Source of the DNA: an uncultured Bacilli bacterium
Lineage (GTDB): Bacteria > Bacillota_I > Bacilli_A > RF39 > UBA660
DNA length: 35,677 nucleotides
Assembly: GCA_944358145.1 (NCBI GenBank)
Contig: CALVQO010000003.1
Coordinates: 1 to 35,677, forward strand
Reading direction: 5' to 3'
How positions within the stretch are numbered: the stretch's first letter is position 1; each line of letters begins with the position of its first letter. Shown here piece by piece: positions 1 through 9,801 of the stretch. Below the pieces are notes generated by a model. It ran no database searches. It was not told the DNA's origin and saw only the letters and a program-made list of their open reading frames with translations. Both the position numbers and the translations under genes were made by a program.

Positions 1-1235
1 TTTTTTTGTCTATCAGCATATTTTTTAGAATAATAAATCATTTGTTTTTGATAGATTAAATAGTTAACATTTCTTTTACCATCTTTTTTAATTTGTACTT
101 TTTTGGCATAAACTCTGGATTTGTGTTTAAATATAGCAGGCTTATCTTCATAACCTATGATTTTTCCTTCTTCATCTTTTATTGCCTCTTTATAGGTTAC
201 CAAATTACCGACCTCATCATATATTTCATCATAAATAAAATCATCTTGTTTTAAAGCCCATTCTTTAAATTCTTTATCGGCACCGAGTATACTTTGACCA
301 TAAACGTAACCATCATGATTGGAATGATCATCATCATTTTTCCCTGCGATAAATACAGTATTATCACTGGTATTTTGACCTCTATCTGCGACAATAATAG
401 TTCTATCAATACCAAATTTAGCTTTGGTCTTTTTTAGTGTTGGTCTCATTTGTAATTTTTCTGATTCATTCCCTGGGAACAAATCATAATACATAGGTAA
501 TCCATTTTTATCCATTAATAATCCCATTTGAACAATAGGGGGTTTCCTATGTTCTTTGCTTGGGCCTCTTTTTCTCATACCTTTTTTAACTATTTCACCT
601 TTATCATTCATTTCATCTTCATCGTTATAAGATATCTCAAAATAATAATTAGTAGTATCATAATAAGTGATCGAAGTATCACGATTATACTTATCTTTTG
701 TATTACTCCATAATGAAATAAGTAAATCGTTTTTATAAGTTGAAAAATAATCTAGTGAACGATACATATCTTGTAAAGAGAAATCAAATTTTTCAAAGAA
801 AATATCTTTATTGTTATAAGTTGATAATTTACTATTGGGATATAAAATACGAGAATAAATTAATAATTCAAAAATATCATTTAAAGAAAAATCAATTTTT
901 AGATTTTTTTGTTTTTGCTTTAAGAATTCAGGAATATTTAGTTCATTATAAATTATTTTTAAAATAACATAGCCAAGATTTTTAGTACAAGAATTTTCAT
1001 TAATAGTTTTAGTTTTTAGATTTTTAATAACTAATTCATTAGTTTCTTCGTTATTCCTTTGTTTAGCAATTTTCTTAAAATGAGAGATGGGATCATCATA
1101 TTGCTTTTTTAAATCATCTAACCATCCAATGTTTTCGATAGTTTTTTGTTTAACTTTGCCAGATTCATCACGATAGCCTTGGACAAAGGATAAGAAAGTT
1201 TTGCCACTTCTAGTTGGAGAAATTTTTAAAAACAT
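1..1235 (-). CDS. IS1634-family DDE transposase (3' end runs off the window start; absent from the ORF track)
   Basis: Manual minus-strand translation from ATG 1235: MFLKISPTRSGKTFLSFVQGYRDESGKVKQKTIENIGWLDDLKKQYDDPISHFK...KNLGY...YYDTTNYYFEI...RKRGPSKEHRKPPIVQMGLLMDKNGLPMYYDLFPGNESEK...IIVADRG. These are characteristic IS1634 motifs. An RBS (AAAGGTAGTGAT) lies upstream. Confidence 0.92.
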   Translation of the reverse strand, partial: MFLKISPTRSGKTFLSFVQGYRDESGKVKQKTIENIGWLDDLKKQYDDPISHFKKIAKQRNNEETNELVIKNLKTKTINENSCTKNLGYVILKIIYNELNIPEFLKQKQKNLKIDFSLNDIFELLIYSRILYPNSKLSTYNNKDIFFEKFDFSLQDMYRSLDYFSTYKNDLLISLWSNTKDKYNRDTSITYYDTTNYYFEISYNDEDEMNDKGEIVKKGMRKRGPSKEHRKPPIVQMGLLMDKNGLPMYYDLFPGNESEKLQMRPTLKKTKAKFGIDRTIIVADRGQNTSDNTVFIAGKNDDDHSNHDGYVYGQSILGADKEFKEWALKQDDFIYDEIYDEVGNLVTYKEAIKDEEGKIIGYEDKPAIFKHKSRVYAKKVQIKKDGKRNVNYLIYQKQMIYYSKKYADRQK

Positions 1236-1343
1236 ATAATCACTACCTTTATATAATTCTATTATACCATAGGTGCATTATGGTGCACAACATAAAAATG
1301 AATAAAACTTGACAAAATAAAACCTAGGCACTATCTAGGCAAA

Positions 1344-1373
1344 ATTATATTTCTCAAAAAGTGTAACTGTCAA
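1344..1373 (-). promoter_or_regulatory. Consensus sigma-A promoter for the transposase inside the IS end
   Basis: Minus-strand TTGACA (1373-1368), 18-nt spacer, TATAAT (1349-1344). Confidence 0.6.
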
Positions 1374-1380
1374 ACTTCGG

Positions 1381-1520
1381 TATACGGATATACAAAAACA
1401 ATGAAGTTAGTAAATGTAAGTGATGCTGAAAATGACATAGGAAAGTTAATCCAAGTACACATCACAGATGCCAAAAGTTTTAGTTTGGATGGTAAAAAAG
1501 AAATATTTGCAAAAAATTAA
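1381..1520 (+). pseudogene. miaB: 3' fragment (TRAM domain) of tRNA methylthiotransferase MiaB, cut off by the IS
   Basis: 1383-1520 reads YGYTKTMKLVNVSDAENDIGKLIQVHITDAKSFSLDGKKEIFAKN*, matching the Bacilli MiaB C-terminus (GYT...KLVN...IGK.V.V.I..AK..SLDG). No own RBS. miaA is about 1.8 kb downstream. Confidence 0.8.
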
Positions 1521-1585
1521 GCAAAAAGTACTTGTTAGAATGATAAAAATATCTTATAATTATAAATAGTAAAATAGGTGATAAT

Positions 1586-2182
1586 ATGAGAAGTGGTTAT
1601 AAAGTTACATTAGGTATTTTAACAATAATGATTTTAGTAACAATTACTATTGGAACAAGTTATTCCTACTATTCTATAGCAAGTGAACAAACAGATCCCA
1701 ATGAACTAGCTACTACATGTTTTGATATCAGTTATAGTGAGGGAAGTAATGGCTCAATTAACTTAGCTACAACTTATCCCATGAATGAAACTAATGCTTT
1801 ATCAAGATTAACTCCATATGAGTTTACTATTACGAATACATGTAGCACAGGAGCAGACATTAATTATGCTGTTACCCTAAATACCTTAACTAATCCAGCA
1901 TCAACGCTACCTTTATCTACATTAAGATATAAGTTAAATCAAACTAGTCCAACATCCATTACGGGAACAAGTGGCCTACTTGGTAGTGCTAGTGTATATG
2001 ATTTAAATGCGAGTATTAAATCTGATGAAGGAATTGATACAAGTTATAGTTTAGCAACAGGCTCTTTAGCCCCAGGAAGCAGTGTAACTTACAATTTATA
2101 TTTATGGATAGATGAAAACGCTACTAACGATGTCATGAATGACACATTTACTGGTAGAGTACTAGTTTATAGTTATATGTAA
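1586..2182 (+). CDS. Secreted TasA/camelysin-like protein with SipW-type signal peptide (paralog 1)
   Basis: Hydrophobic N-terminus ending GTSYSYY; S/T-rich mature region; PYEFTITNTC and YNLYLWIDE motifs; AGGTGAT RBS; TATAAT at 1555-1560. Confidence 0.65.
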   Translation: MRSGYKVTLGILTIMILVTITIGTSYSYYSIASEQTDPNELATTCFDISYSEGSNGSINLATTYPMNETNALSRLTPYEFTITNTCSTGADINYAVTLNTLTNPASTLPLSTLRYKLNQTSPTSITGTSGLLGSASVYDLNASIKSDEGIDTSYSLATGSLAPGSSVTYNLYLWIDENATNDVMNDTFTGRVLVYSYM

Positions 2183-2202
2183 CTTCCAAATTGGAAGTTT
2201 TT
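2181..2202 (+). terminator. Intrinsic terminator
   Basis: AACTTCCA-AAT-TGGAAGTT followed by a T run. Confidence 0.75.
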
Positions 2203-2271
2203 TAAATTTAATACTTTTCAAAATTACAAAAATACTATATAATGTATTATAGTGAGATAGTGGTGATAAAA

Positions 2272-2847
2272 TTGAACAACAAAAAATACATTGCCTTGTT
2301 AATTTCAACCATAGTGATAGTAGTTATTGCAACCATTGCCGTAACCTATGCCTATTTATCTTTTAATAGTTCCCAAACAGGGACAAATACCGTATCAACT
2401 GGATGTTTTGATGTAAGTTTTACAGAAGGTAGTAATTCAATATCAATGAATAGAAATGGAAATTATGCTTATCCAATAAGTAATGAAAAAGCTTTAAGCG
2501 ATTTAGATCCATATATTTTTACCGTAACTAACAATTGTGCAACTCCATCTGAATATCAAGTAATATTAAACATTCTATCATCAACAGATGAAGACATACT
2601 TTCCTATATTAACTATTCTATTGATGGAAATACTGTAAATAAATTATCCAACCTAACACCAACAACACCTCCAAGTGGAGCATCATCAAATACAACATCT
2701 TCATATATCATAGATACAGGTTCATTAGCTGGAATAAATGCTTCCCAAACTTACGAATTAAGAATGTGGATTGATGAAAGTGCAGGCAATGGCATTATGG
2801 GAAGTTCTTTAGAAGCTGAAGTAATGGTATATAGTGTAGCAGGGTAA
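2272..2847 (+). CDS. Secreted TasA/camelysin-like protein with SipW-type signal peptide (paralog 2)
   Basis: Likely TTG start at 2272: GGTGAT RBS at 2262, and the track's ATG 2242 overlaps a TATAAT box. Signal ends AVTYAYL. Shares CFD.S..EGS, YP, PY.FT.TN.C and Y.L..WIDE motifs with paralog 1. Confidence 0.65.
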   Translation: MNNKKYIALLISTIVIVVIATIAVTYAYLSFNSSQTGTNTVSTGCFDVSFTEGSNSISMNRNGNYAYPISNEKALSDLDPYIFTVTNNCATPSEYQVILNILSSTDEDILSYINYSIDGNTVNKLSNLTPTTPPSGASSNTTSSYIIDTGSLAGINASQTYELRMWIDESAGNGIMGSSLEAEVMVYSVAG

Positions 2848-2907
2848 GAAATTACCTTTTTTAAATGCTTTAAATATGATAAAATAGTAGTAGAAGTCGG
2901 AGGTAGT

Positions 2908-3306
2908 ATGAAAAAAAATATAAGTGAATTTAAAAAATTTATTGCCAGAGGAAATGTTATTGATTTAGCAGTAGGTGTGATCATTGGTGGTGCTTTCTCA
3001 TCTATTGTAACTAGTTTAGTAGAAAATATTTTAACGCCAATACTAGGTTTAGTTTTAGGAGGAGTAGATTTTTCTAATTTATCCATTACTTTTAGAGATA
3101 CCACTATTGGATATGGAGCTTTTATTCAAAGTATTATTGATTTTTTAATTATTGCTATTTGTATTTTTGCTATAATTAAATTTATTAATAAAATAACCCA
3201 CATCGGAAAAAAAGAAGAAGAAAAAGCCAAACCAAAGAAAAGCGATGAAGTATTATTATTAGAAGAAATTAGAGATTTATTAAAAGAGAAGAATGGTGAC
3301 TTATGA
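2908..3306 (+). CDS. mscL: Large-conductance mechanosensitive channel
   Basis: EFKKFIARGNVIDLAVGVIIGGAF and LLEEIRDLL motifs. Confidence 0.97.
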   Translation: MKKNISEFKKFIARGNVIDLAVGVIIGGAFSSIVTSLVENILTPILGLVLGGVDFSNLSITFRDTTIGYGAFIQSIIDFLIIAICIFAIIKFINKITHIGKKEEEKAKPKKSDEVLLLEEIRDLLKEKNGDL

Positions 3307-4154
3307 TTTTAGCAATAGTTGGACCAACAGGGGTAGGGAAAACTAGACTAAGTATAGAACTAGCCAAAAAATATAATGCAATCATTATCAATTGTGATGC
3401 CATGCAAGTATATATTGGTATGGATATTGGTACAGCAAAGATAAAAGAAAGTGAAAAAGAAGGGATTCCTCATAATTTATTAGATATAAAAGAGGTAAGT
3501 GATAATTATACTGTTTATGATTACCAAAAAGATGCAAGAAAATTACTAGAAGAGTACAAAGATAGAAACATCATCTTTGTTGGAGGCACAGGGCTTTATT
3601 TAAAATCAGCTTTATATAACTATGAATTTAAAGAAAGTGATCAAACAACAAATACTTACGAAGAATTTAGTAATGATGAATTGTACAAACTAGCCTTAAA
3701 AAAAGATCCAAACATGAACATTCATCAAAATAATCGCAAAAGATTAGTACGTTTTTTAAACAAGGAAACAACCAATTTACCAGCATGTTATCCTTTATAT
3801 GATGCAAAATACATTGGACTTACCTGTGATAGAAGCATACTATATGACAGAATTAATAAACGAGTAGATGAAATGTTTGAAGAAGGCTTATTAGAAGAAG
3901 TAAAAAACTTTTATGATAAAAATATTCATTCCAAAGCGATAAATACAGCGATAGGGTACAAAGAACTATATAAGTATTTTGATGGCGAAATCAGTTTAGA
4001 AGAAGCAAGTGAATTAATTAAGAAAAACTCAAGACACTATGCCAAAAGACAATATACATGGTTTAATAATCAAATGAATATTACTTGGTTTAATGCTGAT
4101 TTTGAAAACTTTAATAAAACAATAGATGAAGTAATAAAATTTATTGAACAATAA
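3303..4154 (+). CDS. miaA: tRNA dimethylallyltransferase
   Basis: GPTGVGKT, DAMQVY..MDIGTAK, VGGTGLY, AIGYKE and YAKRQYTWF motifs. Confidence 0.97.
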   Translation: MILAIVGPTGVGKTRLSIELAKKYNAIIINCDAMQVYIGMDIGTAKIKESEKEGIPHNLLDIKEVSDNYTVYDYQKDARKLLEEYKDRNIIFVGGTGLYLKSALYNYEFKESDQTTNTYEEFSNDELYKLALKKDPNMNIHQNNRKRLVRFLNKETTNLPACYPLYDAKYIGLTCDRSILYDRINKRVDEMFEEGLLEEVKNFYDKNIHSKAINTAIGYKELYKYFDGEISLEEASELIKKNSRHYAKRQYTWFNNQMNITWFNADFENFNKTIDEVIKFIEQ

Positions 4155-4163
4155 GGTGATTAT

Positions 4164-5258
4164 GTGAATAAAATAATTAAAAATATATTAAATAAAATAG
4201 AAACAGAAGGGTATGAAGCTTATATAGTAGGGGGATATGTCCGTGATTTATTAGTAGGAATATCTAGTTGTGACATCGACATATGTACAAATGCTACCCC
4301 AAAAGAATTAATGTTAATTTTTCCCAATGCATCTTCCAAAAATCTAGGTGGAATAGAATTTAAAGTAAAAGAATATCACATTGAAATTACAACATATCGT
4401 GAAGAAAAAAAATATAAAGATCGTAAACCAATAGAATTCAATTACATTAATAATTTAGTTTTAGATTTACAACGAAGAGATTTTACCATAAATGCCATCT
4501 GTATGAATAGTAAGGGAGAAATTATAGATTTAGTCGGAGGAATTGATGATTTAAGTTCCCTAAAAGTAAAAATGATAGGTGATACTTTCATAAAAATAAA
4601 AGAAGATCCCCTAAGAATGTTAAGAGGAATACGTATAGCAACTATACTTAATTTTAATTTAGATACTACTTTATATAAAGAAATAGAAACAAATAAAGAA
4701 TTAATTTTAACTTTATCTAGTACTAGATTAAAAGAAGAATTAGATAAAATATTATTATCAAAAAATGTAAAAAGAGGATTTAATTTATTAAATGATCTAG
4801 GTATTATTCATTTATTAGGAATCACGAATTGGGAAAATATTGTGCCAGTAAAAAATATTGAAGGAATGTATGCTCAAATCAAAATCAATTATGAATTACC
4901 ATTTACTAAAGTAGAAAAAAATAATATTATCTCTTTAAGAAGAATCATCAACACTGAAGAAATTGATAAACAAACTGTATATAATTATGGCTTATATTTA
5001 TCTCAAGTAGCAGGAGAAATATTAAATATAGATAAAAAAGAAATCAATAAATTATATAAAAATTTACCTATACATGATAAGAAAGAAATGAATATTAAAG
5101 CGAGTGATATAGTAGAAATATTAAATATAGATTATTCTAAAGTAATAAGTACAATAATGAAAGATATTGAAATTTTAATTATAAATGGTGAATTAAGAAA
5201 TAAACAAAGTGATATTGAAAAATATATATTAGATCATAGAAGTGAGTGGTTAAAATGA
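4164..5258 (+). CDS. cca: CCA tRNA nucleotidyltransferase
   Basis: VGGYVRDLL, DIDI, EITTYR, DLQRRDFTINA and EDPLRMLR motifs. Confidence 0.92.
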   Translation: MNKIIKNILNKIETEGYEAYIVGGYVRDLLVGISSCDIDICTNATPKELMLIFPNASSKNLGGIEFKVKEYHIEITTYREEKKYKDRKPIEFNYINNLVLDLQRRDFTINAICMNSKGEIIDLVGGIDDLSSLKVKMIGDTFIKIKEDPLRMLRGIRIATILNFNLDTTLYKEIETNKELILTLSSTRLKEELDKILLSKNVKRGFNLLNDLGIIHLLGITNWENIVPVKNIEGMYAQIKINYELPFTKVEKNNIISLRRIINTEEIDKQTVYNYGLYLSQVAGEILNIDKKEINKLYKNLPIHDKKEMNIKASDIVEILNIDYSKVISTIMKDIEILIINGELRNKQSDIEKYILDHRSEWLK

Positions 5259-5887
5259 ATTTAGATTATTTTAAATGCCCTAAATATATTACTAACAGTT
5301 TATTTATGAAAAAAGCATTACAATTAAAATTAACATTAGAAGAGTTTCTAATGTTAACTTATTTTGATAATGATTACAATAATTATTTAAACATAGATGA
5401 ATTAAGTAATAATATAGGGATATCATCAGAAAAAGCATATGAAATCTTTACTAATTTATTAAGCAAAAAACTAATTGATATCAAAACAGAAAAAGATATT
5501 GAAGGAAGATTAATTGAAAAAGTTAGTTTAGATAATTTTTATGAAATGATTATAGAAGAAGAAAAAGAAAGTGAAAAAAAGGAAATAAAAACTGACATTT
5601 ATAAAGAGTTTGAAACAGAGTTTGCTAGACCAATTACTAGTATGGAGTATGAGATAATTAATGCTTGGTTATCTCATAATTATAGTGAAGAACTAATTAT
5701 TGGCGCGTTAAAAGAAGCTGTATATAATGGAGTAAGAAACTTAAGATATATTGATAAAATATTATATGAATGGAATAAAAAAGGATTTAAAACAATGCAT
5801 GATGTAAATAATCATTTAGAAAGAAAAGAAGTAAAGAAGGAGGATAGTGAGTTATTTGATTATAACTGGTTAGATGATGAAGAGTGA
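5255..5887 (+). CDS. dnaD: DnaD replication protein
   Basis: FETEFARPITSMEYE..ALKEAV..LRYIDKILYEW and C-terminal YNWL; ATGA overlap with the cca stop; precedes nth as in Bacilli. Confidence 0.9.
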   Translation: MNLDYFKCPKYITNSLFMKKALQLKLTLEEFLMLTYFDNDYNNYLNIDELSNNIGISSEKAYEIFTNLLSKKLIDIKTEKDIEGRLIEKVSLDNFYEMIIEEEKESEKKEIKTDIYKEFETEFARPITSMEYEIINAWLSHNYSEELIIGALKEAVYNGVRNLRYIDKILYEWNKKGFKTMHDVNNHLERKEVKKEDSELFDYNWLDDEE

Positions 5888-6506
5888 AGATGTAATTAAC
5901 ATATTAGATGAGTATTATCCCGATGCTAGATGTGAACTGAATTACACGAAAGATTATGAATTATTAATTGCAACTGTCCTAAGTGCACAGTGTACAGATA
6001 AAAGGGTAAATCAAGTAACAGAGGTATTATTCCAAAAATATGATTTAGAAAGTCTTAAAGAAGCTGATATAAAAGACATTGAAAATATCATTAGACCTTG
6101 TGGCTCTCATACCAAAAAGGCAAAATATATAAAGACTATAGCAGAAAAACTAATTAATGATTATCATGGCGTTGTCCCTAATAATAGAGAATATTTAGAG
6201 AGCTTGCCTGGAGTAGGTAGAAAGACTTGTAATGTGGTATTATCAAATATTTATGATGTACCTGCAATTGCCGTAGATACCCATGTAGCTAGAGTGTCAA
6301 CTAGGTTAGGACTAGCAAAAGAGGGGAATGATGTATCAGTAATTGAACAAAAACTGATGAAGAAATTTCCCAAAGATAAATGGAGCAGACTACATCATCA
6401 ACTAGTTTTATTTGGAAGATATAACTGTACAGCTAGAAACCCTAAATGTAGTGAATGCTTATTTAAAGATAAATGTAAACATTATAAAAAAATTACTCAT
6501 GAATGA
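5874..6506 (+). CDS. nth: Endonuclease III
   Basis: LSAQCTD, HhH LPGVGRKT, AVDTHV and the C-terminal 4Fe-4S motif C-x6-C-x2-C-x5-C. Confidence 0.97.
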   Translation: MMKSEDVINILDEYYPDARCELNYTKDYELLIATVLSAQCTDKRVNQVTEVLFQKYDLESLKEADIKDIENIIRPCGSHTKKAKYIKTIAEKLINDYHGVVPNNREYLESLPGVGRKTCNVVLSNIYDVPAIAVDTHVARVSTRLGLAKEGNDVSVIEQKLMKKFPKDKWSRLHHQLVLFGRYNCTARNPKCSECLFKDKCKHYKKITHE

Positions 6507-6513
6507 GTAATTT

Positions 6514-7047
6514 TTATTGTGATCGAATATCTTGAGTTTCGAGTAGATCTTCAAATTCTTTAGCAGTATGAATACCATGAGTAGTAGCCAATTCTCCATC
6601 TTTAAAATATAAAATGATAGGAACTTCAGAAATAATACTAGCATCTATTTCTAAAGCATCAGCAATATCTTTTTTATAATTAGTATTAGTATCCTTAAAA
6701 TCAGTAACATTTAAGAAATAAAAACTATTTTGTAAATGATAATCATCAATTAAAGGCTTTAATTCTCTTTCTAAATTATAAACATCTTCATCACTAGTAT
6801 AACTAATATATAAGAAATAATAACTAGGAGTTTCTGATAAAACAGAACTAATTTCATCAATATCAGTCATTTCCAAACTAATGGTATTCGTACTAATTAA
6901 ATAGCTATTATAATATTTCTCTTGTTCTTTAACTGTATCCCATTTATGCAAATATAACGCAAGAAAAATTATGGCTAAAATAATACAAAGTCCAATAAAA
7001 TATTTTTTTAAAGTTTGAGATTTATACTTTATTTTACTACTTGCCAT
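6514..7047 (-). CDS. Membrane-anchored hypothetical protein with thioredoxin-like fold but no CxxC
   Basis: ATG 7047 with GGAGGGA RBS; one N-terminal TM; VPIILYFKDGEL resembles the thioredoxin cis-Pro strand. Confidence 0.6.
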   Translation of the reverse strand: MASSKIKYKSQTLKKYFIGLCIILAIIFLALYLHKWDTVKEQEKYYNSYLISTNTISLEMTDIDEISSVLSETPSYYFLYISYTSDEDVYNLERELKPLIDDYHLQNSFYFLNVTDFKDTNTNYKKDIADALEIDASIISEVPIILYFKDGELATTHGIHTAKEFEDLLETQDIRSQ

Positions 7048-7102
7048 AACATCCCTCCAATAATATTTTAACATACAATAATCTTATTTGTAAATCCCAT
7101 TT

Positions 7103-9331
7103 TTATTCTGATTTGTCTTCTAATTTAACTAAAACTTCTCTTGGTTTAGACCCATTAGGAGGACCAACAATACCTCGTTCTTCTAAGAGATCAACTACTC
7201 TAGCAGCTCGGTTATACCCAAGTCTAAATCTTCTTTGAAGTAAACTTGTACTAACTTTACCAGTTTGAATAGCAAATTCTACAATTTCATTATATAGAGG
7301 ATCATCATATTCTTCAGTTTCATTAGGTAGTCCATGAATACCACTACCAGTAGCATCTAAGTTTTGCATTTCTTCACTATAATGAGCAACTTGTTCTTTA
7401 CATACATAATCAATAATTCTCTTAATTTCATCATCAGTAATAAAACATCCTTGAATACGAATAGGAACATTTTCACCCATAGGTAAATATAACATATCAC
7501 CTTTACCAAGTAATTTTTCAGCACCACTCATATCAAGTATAGTTCTAGAATCGATATTAGATGCAACCGCAAAAGCAATACGAGAAGGGATATTTGCTTT
7601 AACAACACCAGTAATAACATCGGTTGATGGCCTTTGGGTTGCAACAATTAAGTGTATTCCTGCAGCACGAGCCATTTGAGTAATTCTCATAATTGAATCT
7701 TCAACTTCTTTGCTTGCTACAAGCATTAAATCAGCAAGTTCATCGATAATAGCAACAATATAAGGCATTTTAGCTACATTAGTATTATTCTTCTGATTTT
7801 CTTTCATAATCCATTCATTATAACCAGCAATATTCTTAACATTAGCATCACTAAACATATCATAACGTTTATCCATTTCTGCCACTAATTTTTGCAGTGC
7901 AATACTAGCTTTCTTAGGATCACTTACAACTGGACATAGAAGGTGAGGAACACCATTATAGTTGGATAATTCAACTTTTTTAGGATCGACTAACATGAGT
8001 TTTACTTCATCAGGTTTATAACGCATCAAAATAGAACATATCATCGTATTTGTACAAACAGATTTACCAGAACCTGTAGAACCAGCAATTAGAAGGTGAG
8101 GCATTTTCGATAAATCAGCAAGCTGTGGTCTACCCATGATATCTTTACCTAAAGCAACCACAATTTTAGCATCACTCATCGCCTTAGATTCATGAGCTAA
8201 AACTTCTTTAAATTTAACAGCACTAATACTTGGATTAGGTATTTCAACACCAATAGTGCTTTTACCAGGAATAGGAGCTTGTATTCTAACGTCTTTTGCA
8301 GCTAGTGCTAAAGCAATTTCTTTATTAATACCAACTATTCTTGATACTTTAGTACCACTCGGTACCTTTACTTCATATTGAGTAACTGCAGGACCAATAT
8401 GGATCTCTACCACTTGACCATTGATTTGGAAGTCTTTAAGTACTCGTTCCAAATTTTCTTTATTACTACGAATAAAATTATTGGATGCAGAATTCTTTTT
8501 AGGAGGAGTTACATCATCTAATAAAGATAAAGGAGGAAGAGTATAATTGCTATTCGCTTCATATATACTTTCTTTATTTGTTTCCAAGTTCTCTTTTTGA
8601 GGTTCTTTCATAGTTTTTAATTCTTCCATACTAGTAATAATAATCTTATCATTTTTCTTTTCTTCAAATTCCTGATCTTCTTCGTACTGATAAACTTCTT
8701 CTTTTTCTGGTTTTTCTTTAGGAGTTGCATTTTTAAGTTTACTAAAGAATGATTTAATCTTATTTACGATATCAGCAAAAGTAATATTAAAGATTAAGAT
8801 AACTGCAAATAAAATTAAAATAACACAAACAATTTTAGTACCAGTAAGTCCAAATAAACTAGATAGACCAATAGAAAATATAGCCCCTAATACACCTCCA
8901 CCAATTTCAATAGAAGTATCTCCACTAGTAAATAAAGCTGTATTAGATCCAATAGTAGAAATTCTAGCCATATACTGATCTATAGTAGACTGAAAAATAT
9001 CACCAGCTCCATCACATTCCCGAATATAACCAAAATGACTTGCTACAAGCAATACAATAATTACTACATAAAATCCTACTAATTTCTGACTCAAGAACTT
9101 AGGCAAACTTCTTTTAATTAACATATAAATTCCAAGACCTAAAATAAAAATTAAAAGAAAAATCCAAGCCCAACCTCCAACCAAGAACATTGCAAATTTC
9201 TTAATAATAGAGCCAACTGGACCAAAACCAAATCCAATAATACCAATTAATATTAGTATAAGACCAGTAAGTTCGACACTAAATCCTACTTTTTCTGTTT
9301 CATCTTTTTTTGTTTTTTTCTTCTTTGCCAT
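7103..9331 (-). CDS. ftsK: DNA translocase FtsK/SpoIIIE
   Basis: N-terminal TMs; PHLLIAGSTGSGKSV, IIDELADLM, ATQRPS and GAEKLLGKGDML motifs; gamma domain LLQRRFRLGYNRAAR. Confidence 0.97.
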   Translation of the reverse strand: MAKKKKTKKDETEKVGFSVELTGLILILIGIIGFGFGPVGSIIKKFAMFLVGGWAWIFLLIFILGLGIYMLIKRSLPKFLSQKLVGFYVVIIVLLVASHFGYIRECDGAGDIFQSTIDQYMARISTIGSNTALFTSGDTSIEIGGGVLGAIFSIGLSSLFGLTGTKIVCVILILFAVILIFNITFADIVNKIKSFFSKLKNATPKEKPEKEEVYQYEEDQEFEEKKNDKIIITSMEELKTMKEPQKENLETNKESIYEANSNYTLPPLSLLDDVTPPKKNSASNNFIRSNKENLERVLKDFQINGQVVEIHIGPAVTQYEVKVPSGTKVSRIVGINKEIALALAAKDVRIQAPIPGKSTIGVEIPNPSISAVKFKEVLAHESKAMSDAKIVVALGKDIMGRPQLADLSKMPHLLIAGSTGSGKSVCTNTMICSILMRYKPDEVKLMLVDPKKVELSNYNGVPHLLCPVVSDPKKASIALQKLVAEMDKRYDMFSDANVKNIAGYNEWIMKENQKNNTNVAKMPYIVAIIDELADLMLVASKEVEDSIMRITQMARAAGIHLIVATQRPSTDVITGVVKANIPSRIAFAVASNIDSRTILDMSGAEKLLGKGDMLYLPMGENVPIRIQGCFITDDEIKRIIDYVCKEQVAHYSEEMQNLDATGSGIHGLPNETEEYDDPLYNEIVEFAIQTGKVSTSLLQRRFRLGYNRAARVVDLLEERGIVGPPNGSKPREVLVKLEDKSE

Positions 9332-9476
9332 CTTACTTCACCATAATAATTATAACGTAAAGAAGAGTTTAATGCAAATAAATATTCGCTTAAATGAAAA
9401 GATAAAATGTAAAATAGATAAATTAAGGTTGAACTAATCTTAATGATTACTTTATAATACCATTAAGAGGTGTAAA

Positions 9477-9746
9477 ATGATAGAAGTAAATACGAATAAA
9501 ACAATTTATAAAATAGACGACCAAATATTAGGAGAAATAGATTATCCAAGCATTGATGACAAAACAGTAAATATCACTCATACTTTTGTTGATCCATCCT
9601 TAAGAGGACAAGGCATTGCAGATAAACTCATGACTGAAGTATTTAAATATTTAAGTGAGAATAATTTAAAAGTAGTCTGTACATGTTCTTATGCAGCTTC
9701 ATGGCTAGAAAAACACCCAGAATATCAAGATCTTAAAGTTGATTAA
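9477..9746 (+). CDS. Small GNAT-family acetyltransferase (YjdJ-like)
   Basis: ITHTFVDPSLRGQGIA..CTCSYA motif; 89 aa. Confidence 0.85.
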   Translation: MIEVNTNKTIYKIDDQILGEIDYPSIDDKTVNITHTFVDPSLRGQGIADKLMTEVFKYLSENNLKVVCTCSYAASWLEKHPEYQDLKVD

Positions 9747-9767
9747 TAGATGAGTTTATGTTATAAT
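9739..9767 (+). promoter_or_regulatory. Sigma-A promoter of the toxI-toxN locus
   Basis: TTGATT (9739-9744), 17-nt spacer, extended -10 TGtTATAAT (9759-9767). Confidence 0.7.
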
Positions 9768-9801
9768 GTATACACATATGTAATTGATTTACATATATAT
9801 A

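Larger units (their letters stand above)
1..1380 (-). mobile_element. IS1634-family insertion sequence, left (transposase-upstream) end at about 1380
   Basis: Transposase plus about 145 bp of leader. The boundary is inferred from the abrupt switch to miaB-coding sequence at 1381. The other end and any target duplication lie outside the window. Confidence 0.8.

Noticed and set aside
528-967. Plus-strand ORFs 528-713 and 740-967
   Set aside because: Antisense shadows of the IS1634 transposase.
4162-4167. ATGTGA start-stop overlapping the cca GTG start
   Set aside because: The ATG is too close to the SD, and such a match is likely by chance in AT-rich DNA.
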